A stretch of 64,000 nucleotides of DNA from an uncultured delta proteobacterium (GTDB taxonomy: Bacteria > Myxococcota_A > Polyangia > Polyangiales > Polyangiaceae), in assembly GCA_963782055.1 (NCBI GenBank), contig CAWAIF010000003.1:1152001-1216000 (forward strand), given 5' to 3'. Positions within the stretch are counted from its first letter, which is position 1, and each line of letters begins with the position of its first letter. The notes beneath the pieces were generated by a model that saw only the letters and a program-made list of their open reading frames with translations, was not told the origin of the DNA and searched no databases. Shown piece after piece: positions 7,541 to 17,859 of this stretch. A program made the position numbers and the translations under genes.

Positions 7541-10024
7541 ATGAGCGGCGCGTGGGTGGTGCACAAGTTCGGGGGGACGAGCGTGGCGAGCGCGGAGCGC
7601 TACCGCCAGGTCGCGGGCGTCGTCGCGCGCGAGCCCGGCGCGAGGAAGGCCATCGTGGTCTCGGCGATGTCGGGCGTCACCGACGCGCTGCACGCGCTCG
7701 TCGACCTCGCCCGCGGCCGCGACGACGCCTACCACGCCAGGCTGCGCGAGCTACGCAACCGGCACGTGGAGACCGCGCGCGCGCTCCTGCCGCCGGACGA
7801 GGCCGAGCGCATCGAGGCGGTGCTGGACGACGACGTGCGCGACGTCGCCGACATCCTGCGCGCCATCTGGCTGGGCAAGAGCTGCTCCGAGCTGACGGCG
7901 GAGCTGGTCGCCGGTTACGGCGAGCTCTGGTCGGCGCAGATGTTCTGCGCGCACCTGCGCGCGCTGGGCGTGCGCGCCGACTGGCTGGACGCGCGGCTGG
8001 TCCTGACGGTCCGCCCGGGCGAGCTCGGCCCCATCGTCGACTTCGCCGGCGGCGCGGAGCGCACCCGTGCGTGGCTCGCCGAGCGCTCCTGCGATCACGT
8101 CGTCGTCACCGGCTACATCGCCTCGACGGCCGAGGGCGTGCCGACGACGCTCAAGCGCAACGGGAGCGACTTCTCCGCCTCCATCTTCGGCGCGTTGCTG
8201 GAGGCGGCGAGCATCACCATCTGGACCGACGTGGACGGCGTGCTCAGCGCCGACCCGCGCCGCGTGCCGGAGGCGGTCGTCGTCGAGTCCATGTCTTACG
8301 ACGAGGCGATCGAGCTGGCGTACTTCGGCGCGAAGGTGCTGCACCCGCGCACGATGGAGCCCGCGGTCTCGCGCGGGATCCCCATCTGGATCCGCAACAC
8401 CTTCCGGCCGGAGCGGCCGGGGACGCGCATCGGCCCGGCGGAGCCCGCCGGGGAGCGCTCGCGCACCGTCGTGAAGGGCTTCTCCACCTTCGAGGACGTC
8501 GCGCTGGTCAACGTGGAGGGCACCGGGATGATCGGCGTGCCCGGCGTGGCGCAGCGCCTCTTCGGCGCGCTGCGCGACGTGTCGGTGAGCGTGGTGCTCA
8601 TCTCGCAGGCGAGCTCGGAGCACTCCATCTGCTTCGCCGTGCCGCACGGGCAGGGCGAGACGGCGCGCGCCACGGCGATGCGCGCCTTCGACCACGAGAT
8701 CCGCGCCGGGCAGGTGCAGCGGGTGGAGCTGCTCTCCTCGTGCTGCGTCCTCGCCGCGGTGGGCGACGAGATGGCGCGCTCGCCGGGGGTGGCGGCGACC
8801 TTCTTCGGCGCGCTCGGCAAGGCGGGCGTCAACGTGCGCGCCATCGCGCAGGGCTCCTCCGAGCGCAACATCTCGGCGGTCATCGACCAGGAGGACTCCA
8901 CCCGCGCCCTGCGCGCGGTGCACGCCGGCTTCTACCTCTCCGACAGGGTGCTCTCGGTGGGCGTGGTCGGGCCGGGCCTGGTCGGACGCGCGCTGCTCGC
9001 CCAGCTCGCCCGGCAGGCGCCCGTCCTGCGCGAGCAGCACCGCATCGACCTGCGCGTCCGGGCGATCGCCAACCGCCGCAGCATGATCACCGCCGAGACC
9101 GCGCTCGACCTCGCGCGGTGGAGCGAGCAGCTCGCCGGGGGCGAGCCGGCGGACCTGGAGCTCTTCGCGGCGCACGTCCACGCCGAGCACCTGCCGCACG
9201 CCGTCATCGTCGACTGCACGGCGAGCGACGAGGTCGCCGCGCGCTACGAGGAGTGGCTGCGGCGCGGCATCCACGTCGTCACGCCCAACAAGCGCGCCGG
9301 CGCAGGGCCCCTCGCGCGCTACCGCGCCATCCGCGCGCTCGGCCGCACCCTCTCGCGCCACTTCTTCTACGAGGCCACCGTCGGCGCGGGGCTCCCGGTC
9401 ATCACCACCCTGCGTGATCTCATCCAGACGGGCGATCGCGTGGAGAAGATCGAGGGCGTGCTCTCCGGCACGCTGTCGTACGTGTTCAACACCTTCTCCG
9501 CGGGCGGCGTCGCCTTCTCGGAGGTGGTGCGCAAGGCGCGCGAGCTCGGATACACCGAGCCGGACCCGCGCGACGACCTCTCCGGGATGGACGTGGCGCG
9601 CAAGCTGGTCATCCTGGCGCGGGAGACGGGCCTATCCATCGAGCTGGGCGGCGTGGAGGTGCAGAGCCTGGTCTCGCCGGAGGGGCAGGACGCCGGGAGT
9701 CCGGACGAGTTCCTGGACGGCCTCGCCGCGACCGACGCCGAGATGGCCGATCGGCGCGACCGCGCGGCCGCCCGCGGGGAGGTGCTGCGCTACGTGGGGC
9801 TGCTGGACACGACCGGCCGGGCGACGGTCTCGCTGCGCACCTACCCCGAGTCGCACCCCTTCGCGCGGGTGGCCGCGACCGACAACATCTTCGCCTTCAC
9901 GACGGCGCGCTACCACGAGCAGCCGCTCGTCGTGCAGGGGCCCGGCGCCGGGCCGGAGGTGACCGCGGGCGGGGTGTTCGCGGACCTGCTGCGCCTCGCC
10001 AACTACCTCGGCGGAGGGGAGTGA
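7541..10024 (+). CDS. thrA: Bifunctional aspartokinase/homoserine dehydrogenase I
   Basis: 'VHKFGGTSV', 'TTLKRNGSDFSA', two ACT domains, 'GPGLVG', 'YEATVGAGLP', 'GPGAGPEVTAGGVFAD'. Confidence 0.95.
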   Translation: MSGAWVVHKFGGTSVASAERYRQVAGVVAREPGARKAIVVSAMSGVTDALHALVDLARGRDDAYHARLRELRNRHVETARALLPPDEAERIEAVLDDDVRDVADILRAIWLGKSCSELTAELVAGYGELWSAQMFCAHLRALGVRADWLDARLVLTVRPGELGPIVDFAGGAERTRAWLAERSCDHVVVTGYIASTAEGVPTTLKRNGSDFSASIFGALLEAASITIWTDVDGVLSADPRRVPEAVVVESMSYDEAIELAYFGAKVLHPRTMEPAVSRGIPIWIRNTFRPERPGTRIGPAEPAGERSRTVVKGFSTFEDVALVNVEGTGMIGVPGVAQRLFGALRDVSVSVVLISQASSEHSICFAVPHGQGETARATAMRAFDHEIRAGQVQRVELLSSCCVLAAVGDEMARSPGVAATFFGALGKAGVNVRAIAQGSSERNISAVIDQEDSTRALRAVHAGFYLSDRVLSVGVVGPGLVGRALLAQLARQAPVLREQHRIDLRVRAIANRRSMITAETALDLARWSEQLAGGEPADLELFAAHVHAEHLPHAVIVDCTASDEVAARYEEWLRRGIHVVTPNKRAGAGPLARYRAIRALGRTLSRHFFYEATVGAGLPVITTLRDLIQTGDRVEKIEGVLSGTLSYVFNTFSAGGVAFSEVVRKARELGYTEPDPRDDLSGMDVARKLVILARETGLSIELGGVEVQSLVSPEGQDAGSPDEFLDGLAATDAEMADRRDRAAARGEVLRYVGLLDTTGRATVSLRTYPESHPFARVAATDNIFAFTTARYHEQPLVVQGPGAGPEVTAGGVFADLLRLANYLGGGE

Positions 10025-10067
10025 GGGGGCTCCGCCATGCCTCGGAGCGGAGCGCCCGCGCCCGCGT

Positions 10068-11399
10068 CTAGCGACGGTCGTGCGTGGCGTCGATCGCCCG
10101 GCGGACGGCGTCGATGTCGGCGGGCAGCTCCACGGGCCGGTTCGCGTGGCGCGCGGTGACGCCCGGGAGGGTGCCCATGTGGTACGCGCGCTTGAACTCG
10201 GTGAACTTCAGGCCGTGCGCCGTGCTGATCACCACCACGCGCTCGTCCTTGCCGATGACCCCGCGGCGCACCAGCTTCTCCGTCGCCGCGAGCGCCACGC
10301 CGGTGTGCGGGCAGTTGTACATCCCGGTGCGGTCGGCGCGCGCCACCGCGTCGGCGAGCTCGTCCTCGGTCGCCTGCTCCACGACGCCGTCGGTCGCCTG
10401 GAGCACACGGATGGCGCGCTGGATGCTCACCGGGTCGCCGATCTGGATCGCGCTCGCGGCGGTGGGCTGCGCGGCGATGGGCGCGTAGGTCTCGAAGCCG
10501 TTCTGGAAGGCGCGGTAGAGCGGGTTGGCGCGCTCGGCCTGGGCGACGCAGAGGCGCGGCAGCTTCGAGATGATGCCGAGGTCGCGCAGGAGCATGAAGC
10601 CCTTGCCGAGCGCGTAGACGTTGCCCAGGTTGCCGCCGGGCACCACCACCCAGTCGGGCACGGCCCAGTCGAACTGCTGGACGATCTCCACCGCCACGGT
10701 CTTCTGTCCCTCGATGCGCAGGCTGTTCATCGAGTTGGCGAGGTAGATGGAGCCGTCGGCGGTGAGCTCCTGCACCACGCGCATGCAGCCATCGAAGTCG
10801 GTGTCCAGGGAGAGGACGAGCGCGCCGTTGGCGAGCGGCTGCAGGAGCTGGGCGACGGAGACCTTGTTCCGCGGCAGCAGCACCAGCGCGGGGAGACCGG
10901 CCGCTGCACAGTAGGCGGCGAGCGCGGCGGAGGTGTCGCCGGTGCTCGCGCAGGCGATGGCGCGGACGGAGCGGCCGCGGCGGATCATCTCGCGCACGGC
11001 GGAGACGAGCACGGTCATGCCCAGGTCCTTGAAGGACCCGGTGTGCGAGTTGCCACACTGCTTGATCCAGAGGTCCGAGAGGCCGAGCTCGCGGCCGTAG
11101 CGGTCGGCCCAGAGCAAGTTGGAGCCGCCCTCGGCGAAGCTGACGATGCTCTGGTGATGGATGCCCGGGTAGACCCACTCCAGCTTCCCCCACACCCCCG
11201 AGCCGTAGGGCCACTCTGTGCGCATCCAGCGCCTGTCGAGCAGCGCCGTCCACTCGGCGGCGGTCCGGTCGCGCAGGGCGTCCACGTCCTGCTCCACGTC
11301 CAGGAGCGAGCCGCAGCGCTTGCAGCGGTAGACGATCTCGTCGAGGGGGTAGTGCTCGCCGCATCCGGCGAAGCACCCGAAGCGGGCCCGGTAGGTCAT
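10068..11399 (-). CDS. thrC: Threonine synthase
   Basis: '[12 protein letters not shown]' PLP lysine, '[14 protein letters not shown]', 'PGGNLGN', 'STAHGLKF'. Confidence 0.93.
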   Translation of the reverse strand: MTYRARFGCFAGCGEHYPLDEIVYRCKRCGSLLDVEQDVDALRDRTAAEWTALLDRRWMRTEWPYGSGVWGKLEWVYPGIHHQSIVSFAEGGSNLLWADRYGRELGLSDLWIKQCGNSHTGSFKDLGMTVLVSAVREMIRRGRSVRAIACASTGDTSAALAAYCAAAGLPALVLLPRNKVSVAQLLQPLANGALVLSLDTDFDGCMRVVQELTADGSIYLANSMNSLRIEGQKTVAVEIVQQFDWAVPDWVVVPGGNLGNVYALGKGFMLLRDLGIISKLPRLCVAQAERANPLYRAFQNGFETYAPIAAQPTAASAIQIGDPVSIQRAIRVLQATDGVVEQATEDELADAVARADRTGMYNCPHTGVALAATEKLVRRGVIGKDERVVVISTAHGLKFTEFKRAYHMGTLPGVTARHANRPVELPADIDAVRRAIDATHDRR

Positions 11400-11418
11400 C
11401 GGTCCATCCTCCTCGCCC

Positions 11419-13398
11419 TCACCGCGGTCGGCCCTTGCGGTGGGGCTTGGGGGGTCGCCGGATCACGCGCGTGCCGCCGGTCGAGCGCGGCGTCTCCACC
11501 TTGCGCGTGCTCTTGCGCGGGGGCGGAGCGGGCCGCTCTTCCTTGCTCGAGGTCTCCAGCTTGCGCGTGCTCCTGCGCGGGGGCGGAGCGGGCCGCTCTT
11601 CCTTGCTCGAGGTCTCCAGCTTGCGCGTGCTCCTGCGCGGGGGCGGCGTGGGCGCGCGCTCGGTCGCGGGCTGCTCGCGCAGCACCTTCACGCGCGGATC
11701 GCGCGGGTCGGGACGGCCGGCGGCCTCGGCGAAGCGCTCGGCCACCGCGGCGGACACGTCGACGATCGAGTAGCTCCGCTCGACGCTGATCGCGCCGATG
11801 TCCTTGCCCTGGATGCCGCCGCGCCGGCACAGCATGGCGAGCACCCGGCGCGCGTCGGCGCCGTGCTGGCCGCCCCACGTCACGCGGAAGCGTGTCCAGG
11901 CGCCGGGCGCGCCCGGGCCCGCCTCGCGCCGGGGGGGCCGCGCGTCGGGGTGAACCGGGGGCCGTCGCGGCGCGAGGGCGTCGGGGTAGGCCGGGGGGCG
12001 TCGCGGCGCGGGGGCGTCCGGATGCGGCGCGTCCCGACGTGTGTGCGCGTCGCGCGCCGTCGCCCGCGGCGCCGTGTGGGCGACCGGCACGGCGCGGATG
12101 TCCCGCGGCTGCGCGGCGCCGAAGAGGCGTCCGCGCGCCAGCAGCCGCGCCAGTACGCGCGAGCGCGGCTCCTCCTTGGCGAGGCGCTTCGCGAGCGCCC
12201 AGATGGACTCGTCGATGCCGGCGTCCGGCGCCTCGCCCGTCAGCTCGGCGAAGAGGCGCTCCGCCGCCGCCCTGCGCAGCTCCTCCGCCGTGGGCACCGG
12301 CTCGATCCGCCAGCGCACCTTCGCCCGCGAGAGCAGGCCGGTGACGCGCCGGAGCGCCGCCGGCGCCGCGAGCACCGAGCTCGTCCCCTGCCGGCCCGCG
12401 CGCCCGGTCCGGCCGCTGCGGTGCGTGTACGTGTCGGCGTCCCCCGGCGGCTCGGCGTGGATGACGCGCCCGATGTCCTGCACGTCGATCCCGCGCGCGG
12501 CGACGTCGGTCGCCACCAGAGCCTGGATCGCCCCGCGCTTGAAGGCGGCGAGGGCGCGGTCGCGCTCCGGCTGATCCATGTCGCCGGAGAGCGAGCCGAT
12601 GGCGAAGCCCGCCGCCTGCAGCAGCGCGGAGAGCTCGGCGACGTCGGCGCGGGTGCGCACGAAGACGAGCGACGGCGCGTCGGGCGTCGCGAGCAGCAGG
12701 TTGACGATGGCGTCCAGCCGCTGGTGCGACTGCACCACGTGGATGAGGTGCTCGATGTCGGTGTTGGCCGCCCCGAGCGGTGTCCCCTCGACGAACGCGG
12801 GATCGGTCTGCACGCGGTCGGCGAGGGCTCGGACCTCGCGCGGGAAGGTCGCCGAGACCAGGATGGTCCGTCGCTCCGCCGGGGCCTTGGCCAGGATGGC
12901 GTCGATGTCCTCCTTGAAGCCCATGTCCAGCATGCGATCGGCCTCGTCCAGGACGACGGCGCGCACCGACGCGGTCTCCAGTCCGCCGCGCTCGAGGTGA
13001 TCGCGGAGCCTGCCGGGCGTCCCGACGACGACGGCCGGCTTGCGCGCGAGCGCGCGGTGCTCGTCCCGGTAGCTGGAGCCGCCGGTGACCGACGTCACCT
13101 CCGCGCCGAGCGGCGCGAAGAACCACCGCAGCTCCTGCTCCACCTGCTTGGCCAGCTCGCGCGTGGGCGCGATCAGCAGGGCGCGCGGCGAGCCGGCGTC
13201 GCGGTCGGCGACGACGTCGCGGATGGCGATGCCCACCGCCACCGTCTTGCCCGAGCCCGTCTGCGAGGTGATGCGCAGATCGCGGCCCGCGAGCTCGGGG
13301 CTCAGCACGGCCTCCTGCACCGGCGTGAGCGTGTCGTAGCCTCTGGCCGCGAGCGCGGAGGCGAGCTCGGGCCCCAGGGATTCGTGGATGTCGGTCAT
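11419..13398 (-). CDS. DEAD-box RNA helicase with DbpA-type RNA-binding domain and basic tail
   Basis: Q motif 'LTPVQ', 'SQTGSGKT', 'PTRELA', 'DEAD', 'SAT', '[10 protein letters not shown]'; C-terminal RBD 'GKDIGAISV'. Confidence 0.93.
   Translation of the reverse strand: MTDIHESLGPELASALAARGYDTLTPVQEAVLSPELAGRDLRITSQTGSGKTVAVGIAIRDVVADRDAGSPRALLIAPTRELAKQVEQELRWFFAPLGAEVTSVTGGSSYRDEHRALARKPAVVVGTPGRLRDHLERGGLETASVRAVVLDEADRMLDMGFKEDIDAILAKAPAERRTILVSATFPREVRALADRVQTDPAFVEGTPLGAANTDIEHLIHVVQSHQRLDAIVNLLLATPDAPSLVFVRTRADVAELSALLQAAGFAIGSLSGDMDQPERDRALAAFKRGAIQALVATDVAARGIDVQDIGRVIHAEPPGDADTYTHRSGRTGRAGRQGTSSVLAAPAALRRVTGLLSRAKVRWRIEPVPTAEELRRAAAERLFAELTGEAPDAGIDESIWALAKRLAKEEPRSRVLARLLARGRLFGAAQPRDIRAVPVAHTAPRATARDAHTRRDAPHPDAPAPRRPPAYPDALAPRRPPVHPDARPPRREAGPGAPGAWTRFRVTWGGQHGADARRVLAMLCRRGGIQGKDIGAISVERSYSIVDVSAAVAERFAEAAGRPDPRDPRVKVLREQPATERAPTPPPRRSTRKLETSSKEERPAPPPRRSTRKLETSSKEERPAPPPRKSTRKVETPRSTGGTRVIRRPPKPHRKGRPR
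11493..11647 (-). repeat. 60-bp in-frame tandem repeat (~2.5 copies) in the helicase tail
   Basis: Encodes [20 protein letters not shown] twice plus [15 protein letters not shown] copies nearly identical. Confidence 0.9.
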
Positions 13399-14825
13399 GG
13401 CTCCTGCCGCACTGCCTCGATCGCCGCGAGGACGCCGCGCGCCTTGCTGCGCGTCTCCTCAGCCTCCGACGCGGGATCGCTCGCCTCCACGATCCCGGCG
13501 CCGGCCGTCACGGTGAAGGCATCCTTTTCGCACACCGCGGTGCGAATGGCGATCGCCAGGTCCATGTCGGCCCCGAGGTAGCCGACGGCGCCGCCGTAGA
13601 TCCCGCGCGGGCGCGTCTCCAGCTCGCGGACGATCTGCATGGCGCGCAGCTTCGGCGCGCCGGAGAGGGTACCGGCGGGGAAGGCGGCGCGCAGCACCTC
13701 GACGGGCGGCACGCGCACCGGGACGCGCCCGCGCACCTCGCTCACCAGGTGCATGACGTGGGAGTAGCGCTCCACCTCCATCTGGCGCAAGACCTCCACG
13801 CTCCCCACCTCGGCGACCTGGCCGACGTCGTTGCGGCCGAGGTCGATGAGCATCACGTGCTCGGCGCGCTCCTTCGGGTCGGCGCGAAGCTCCGCCTCCA
13901 TCGCCGCGTCGTCCGCAGGGGTCTTGCCCCGCCGGCGCGTGCCGGCGATGGGCCGCACCGTCATCACCGCGCCTCCCGGCCCGCGCTCCAGGCGCACCAG
14001 CGTCTCCGGGCTGGCGCCGAGCACCTGCGTGCGCGTGCCGCCCTGGGCGACGGGCGGCAGGTCGAGGAACATCATGTACGGCGACGGGTTGACCAGGCGC
14101 ATCGCCCGGTAGACGTCGAACGGGTCGCGCCCCTGCCGCGGCACGGTGAAGCTGCGCGCGAGCACGATCTGGAAGGCGTCGCCGGCGGCGATGTACTCCT
14201 TGGCGCGCCGGACCGCCGCCTCGTAGTGGAAGTCGTCCATGGAGACCTCCACCCCCGACGGCACGCGCGCGCGGTCGGGCAGGGCGATCTCGGCGAGGTG
14301 GACGTCTGCCTCGAGGTCCCGGCGCGCGGCCTCGACCGTCGCCTCGTCGTCGGCGGCGATGGTGACGGTCTGATCCAGCGCGTCGAAGACGCAGACCACC
14401 GGGCGGCCGAGCAGCCGCGCCACCGGCCGGCGTTCGGGCGTCTCCCAGCCCGGCACGCGCGCGATGCGGTGGACCAGGTCCCAGGCGAAGTAGCCCACGT
14501 GCGCCCGCGCGATGCGCTCGGCCAGGTGCGCCGTCGGCGCGGCGTCGTCGATCATGCGCGCCGCGGCCGCCAGCGGGTCGCCCGCGTCCTGCTCCAGCGC
14601 GTCGGCGAACGCGGGCCGCTCACCGCGCACCTCCCACGGGCCGCGGTCGAAGAGGACGGCCTCGTAGCGCGGGCGGTAGCCGAGGATGGAGTGGCGCGCC
14701 CAGCGCTCGCCGCCGACGACGCTCTCGAGCAGGAAGGACGCGCCGCCCGCCGCCGCGCGGCGCAAGCCGGCGTACGCGCGCACCGGCGTGAGCGCGTCGG
14801 CGACGAAGGTGCGTGTCGTCGTCAT
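13395..14825 (-). CDS. trpE: Anthranilate synthase component I (chorismate-binding enzyme)
   Basis: '[17 protein letters not shown]', '[10 protein letters not shown]', 'NPSPYM', 'PIAGTRRRG', '[12 protein letters not shown]', '[10 protein letters not shown]'; ATGA overlaps on both sides. Confidence 0.88.
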   Translation of the reverse strand: MTTTRTFVADALTPVRAYAGLRRAAAGGASFLLESVVGGERWARHSILGYRPRYEAVLFDRGPWEVRGERPAFADALEQDAGDPLAAAARMIDDAAPTAHLAERIARAHVGYFAWDLVHRIARVPGWETPERRPVARLLGRPVVCVFDALDQTVTIAADDEATVEAARRDLEADVHLAEIALPDRARVPSGVEVSMDDFHYEAAVRRAKEYIAAGDAFQIVLARSFTVPRQGRDPFDVYRAMRLVNPSPYMMFLDLPPVAQGGTRTQVLGASPETLVRLERGPGGAVMTVRPIAGTRRRGKTPADDAAMEAELRADPKERAEHVMLIDLGRNDVGQVAEVGSVEVLRQMEVERYSHVMHLVSEVRGRVPVRVPPVEVLRAAFPAGTLSGAPKLRAMQIVRELETRPRGIYGGAVGYLGADMDLAIAIRTAVCEKDAFTVTAGAGIVEASDPASEAEETRSKARGVLAAIEAVRQEP

Positions 14826-16111
14826 CGACGATGCATCACGCCGAGCATGGTGCGCGCGCGCTCCGGCGCGACCGGCGTCCGGCCGACGCTCTTCGCGTAG
14901 GCGGCCGCGCGGGCCACGAGCGGCGCGGAGCCTTCGGCGAGCACGCCCCGGTCCAGGTAGATGTTGTCCTCCAGCCCGACGCGCGCGTGGCCGCCCATGC
15001 GGATGGCGAGCTCGGTGAGGGGACGCTGGTGCTTGCCCACCGCGGCGACGGCCCACGTCGCGCCCCCGGGCAGGAGCGATTTCATGTAGTTTACATGTTC
15101 CTCGCGCGCCCCGATGCCGCCGGGCACGCCGAGCACGAACTGGAAGTGCAGGGGCGGTGCGATGGCGCCCTCCGCCAGCAGGCGCAGCGCCTCCTCCACG
15201 TGGCCGACCTCGTAGCACTCCAGCTCCGGGATGCTGCCCGCCGCGCGGATGCGCTTGGCCAGGTCGCGGATGTCGGGCCGGGAGTTGACGAAGACGTCGT
15301 CGCCGAAGTTGATGGTGCCGCAGTTGAGGGTGGCCATCTCCGGCTTGCACTGCAGCGGCTGGGCGCGCTCGTCCAGGCTCATGCCCACCGCGCCGCCCGT
15401 GGAGGTCTGCACGATGCAGTCGGTCTTCTTGCGGATGGCGTCGATGGCCTCGGCGAAGCGGTCGGCGGACTGCGTGGGGGAGCCGTCGGGGTTGCGCACG
15501 TGCAGGTGGATGACGGCGGCGCCGGCGTCGCGGCAGCGCGCGGCCTCGTCGGCAATCTCGTGCGCGGTGATGGGCACGTGCGGGTTCTGCTCGCGCGTCA
15601 CCTCCGCGCCGACGATGGCCGCCGTCAGGATGACCTCCGGCTGCGGCTCCGGCGTGACGATGGGGGAGGTGCTCGGGGAGGGCCCGGGCGGCAGGCCGGG
15701 CGCGTAGAGGCCCTTGGGGCGCCGCTGCATCGCGGCCGGAACGACGCAGGTGCCCATCGCGCGGCAGACGACGACCGGCTCCTCCATCACGTCGGCGGCG
15801 CTGGGAGGCAGGCCGGGCTCACGCAGGTTGCCGATGACCTTGCGAGCCTCGAACTGCATGCGCCGGCTGGTCTTGCCCATGCGGATGAGCTCGGCGGTGG
15901 CCTCGATGTAGTCGCCGGCGAAGACGGGGGCGAGGAACTCCACCGACTCGTAGGCGCGGAAGAGCCCCTCGTCGCCGTCGAGGCGGATGAGCAGCTCGGT
16001 CGCCAGGTCGCCGAAGAGGGCGAGCATGCGCGCGCCGTCGACCAGCTCGCCCGCGTAGTGGGCGTCGTGGGAGGACATGCGCAGGCGCAGGGTGACTCGG
16101 AGGGGGAGCAT
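14822..16111 (-). CDS. Fusion of 3-aminobutyryl-CoA ammonia-lyase (Kal, hot-dog fold) and 3-keto-5-aminohexanoate cleavage enzyme (Kce/BKACE)
   Basis: N-terminal '[60 protein letters not shown]'; Pro-rich linker; C-terminal 'LTAAIVGAE', 'IHLHVR', 'STGG', 'RVGLEDN'. Confidence 0.85.
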   Translation of the reverse strand: MLPLRVTLRLRMSSHDAHYAGELVDGARMLALFGDLATELLIRLDGDEGLFRAYESVEFLAPVFAGDYIEATAELIRMGKTSRRMQFEARKVIGNLREPGLPPSAADVMEEPVVVCRAMGTCVVPAAMQRRPKGLYAPGLPPGPSPSTSPIVTPEPQPEVILTAAIVGAEVTREQNPHVPITAHEIADEAARCRDAGAAVIHLHVRNPDGSPTQSADRFAEAIDAIRKKTDCIVQTSTGGAVGMSLDERAQPLQCKPEMATLNCGTINFGDDVFVNSRPDIRDLAKRIRAAGSIPELECYEVGHVEEALRLLAEGAIAPPLHFQFVLGVPGGIGAREEHVNYMKSLLPGGATWAVAAVGKHQRPLTELAIRMGGHARVGLEDNIYLDRGVLAEGSAPLVARAAAYAKSVGRTPVAPERARTMLGVMHRR

Positions 16112-16179
16112 GGGGGTATCAAAGCGCGTGGCGCGAGCGGCGACAACCTCGTCCGCCCCCCCGCCCCCAGCTCGGCAGC

Positions 16180-16620
16180 CCCGACGCGTAGCGGAGGGCC
16201 CGCGTGGGGAGGGGCCCCGCCCAAATGACTTTGGGCGTGGAGGGTCGGCGCGTGCCGCCGTCGGCAAGCCCGACGCGTAGCGGAGGGCCCGCGTGGGGAG
16301 GTGCCCCGCCCAAATGACTTTGGGCGGGGAGGGGCGGCGCGTGCCGCCGTCGGCAAGCCCGACGCGAAGCGGAGGGCCCGCGTGGGGAGGTGCCCCGCCC
16401 AAATGACTTTGGGCGGGGAGGGGCGGCGCGTGCCGCCGTCGGCAAGCCCGACGCGAAGCGGAGGGCCCGCGTGGGGAGGGGCCCCGCCCAAATGACTTTG
16501 GGCGGGGAGGGTCGGCGCGTGCCACCGTCGGCAAGCCCGACGCGAAGCGGAGGGCCCGCGTGGGGAGGGGCCCCGCCCAAATTACTTTGGGCGGGGAGGG
16601 GCGGCGCGTGCCGCCCCTCC
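16180..16620 (+). repeat. Tandem array of five 89-bp palindromic units (repeat family B)
   Basis: CGACGCG starts at 16182, 16271, 16360, 16449, 16538; each unit carries a CCCCGCCCAAA...TTTGGGCG(G/T)GG hairpin and a GGCGCGTGCC core. Confidence 0.95.
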
Positions 16621-16622
16621 TG

Positions 16623-17753
16623 TTAACGATGCGCGGAGAGCCAGAGGTAGGCGAGGCCTGCCAGCGAGAGAGCCACCACGACCACGATCGCCAGGGAGGT
16701 GGCGGAGTGCCGGCCGACGGGAGAGCTCACCGGACCGGAGTCGGGCGGGGGAGGGCGCTCGGAGAGGGAGGAGGCCTCGACCGGCGGCGGGGGCTCGCTC
16801 GTGGCGCGCGTCTGCACCTCGTCGAAGTTCACCCGCGGCGGGACCGTATCGTCCACGTCCAGCCCGGAGAAGGACACCGCCATGCGCCGCACGTCGCACG
16901 CCTCGACGAAGGCATCGGACATCTCCTTCGCCGTCTGGAAGCGCTCCTTGCGATCTTTGTTGAGCGCCTTCTTCAGCCACGCCACCACCGTCGGCGGGAT
17001 GTCGGCGCGGAGCGTCGTTGGCTCCCGCGGCGGCTTGGTCGTGATGGAGACGATGATCTCGCCGACGGTGTCGCTCTCTTCATACGGCGGCTGGCCGGTG
17101 AGGCACTTGTAGGCGACGACGCCGAGCGAATACAAATCGCTGCGGCCGTCCACGTCCTTCTTCCCGAGCGCCTGCTCCGGGCTCATGAACATGGGCGTGC
17201 CGAGGAGCTGGCCGGTGATGGTGAGGTTGCCGCCCCCGGAGAGCTCCCGGTCCGCCCGGGCGATGCCGAAGTCCAGGAGCTTCACCGAGAAGCCGTCCTG
17301 CTCCTTGCAGAGGAAGACGTTCTCCGGCTTGAGGTCGCGGTGCACCACGCCGGCGGCGTGGGCGGCGGTGAGGCCCTTGCACGTCTCGACCACCACCTGC
17401 TTCACCAGGTCGATGGACAGGGGGCCCTCGCGCTCCAGGCGCTGCTCCAGCTCCTCGCCGCGCAGCAGCTCCATGGCGAGGTACGGGCGGCCGCCCTGAT
17501 CCTTGCCGTAGTCCAGGATCTTGACGACGTGCGGGTTCTGGATCGTCGCGGCGGCGGTCGCTTCCTGGTTGAAGCGCTTGAGCATCGTCTCGTCGCCGGC
17601 GGCGAAGGCGGCGTCCATGAACTTCACCGCCACGTCCACCTTCAGCGTGAGGTGGTGGGCGGTCCAGACGCTGGCCATGCCTCCCTGGCCCAGCTTCTGC
17701 ACCAGCCGAAAACGCCCGGCGATGACCTGTCCCGGCGAGCGCTCCACTCCCAT
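16623..17753 (-). CDS. Ser/Thr protein kinase with C-terminal TM helix
   Basis: '[10 protein letters not shown]', 'VAVK', 'HRDLKPEN', 'DFG', '[10 protein letters not shown]'. Confidence 0.93.
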   Translation of the reverse strand: MGVERSPGQVIAGRFRLVQKLGQGGMASVWTAHHLTLKVDVAVKFMDAAFAAGDETMLKRFNQEATAAATIQNPHVVKILDYGKDQGGRPYLAMELLRGEELEQRLEREGPLSIDLVKQVVVETCKGLTAAHAAGVVHRDLKPENVFLCKEQDGFSVKLLDFGIARADRELSGGGNLTITGQLLGTPMFMSPEQALGKKDVDGRSDLYSLGVVAYKCLTGQPPYEESDTVGEIIVSITTKPPREPTTLRADIPPTVVAWLKKALNKDRKERFQTAKEMSDAFVEACDVRRMAVSFSGLDVDDTVPPRVNFDEVQTRATSEPPPPVEASSLSERPPPPDSGPVSSPVGRHSATSLAIVVVVALSLAGLAYLWLSAHR

Positions 17754-17859
17754 CGGCGCGCTACGGTATCACGCCGCCAGACAGGGCTTTCGCCCTTTCA
17801 AAGCCCGACGCCTGACCGAGTCCCTTCCAGGACGGGATGGGAACGAGGTTCACCTCGTC

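Noticed and set aside
16180..16620. CRISPR array
   Set aside because: Units are near-identical over the whole 89 bp with no unique spacers; no cas genes in the window
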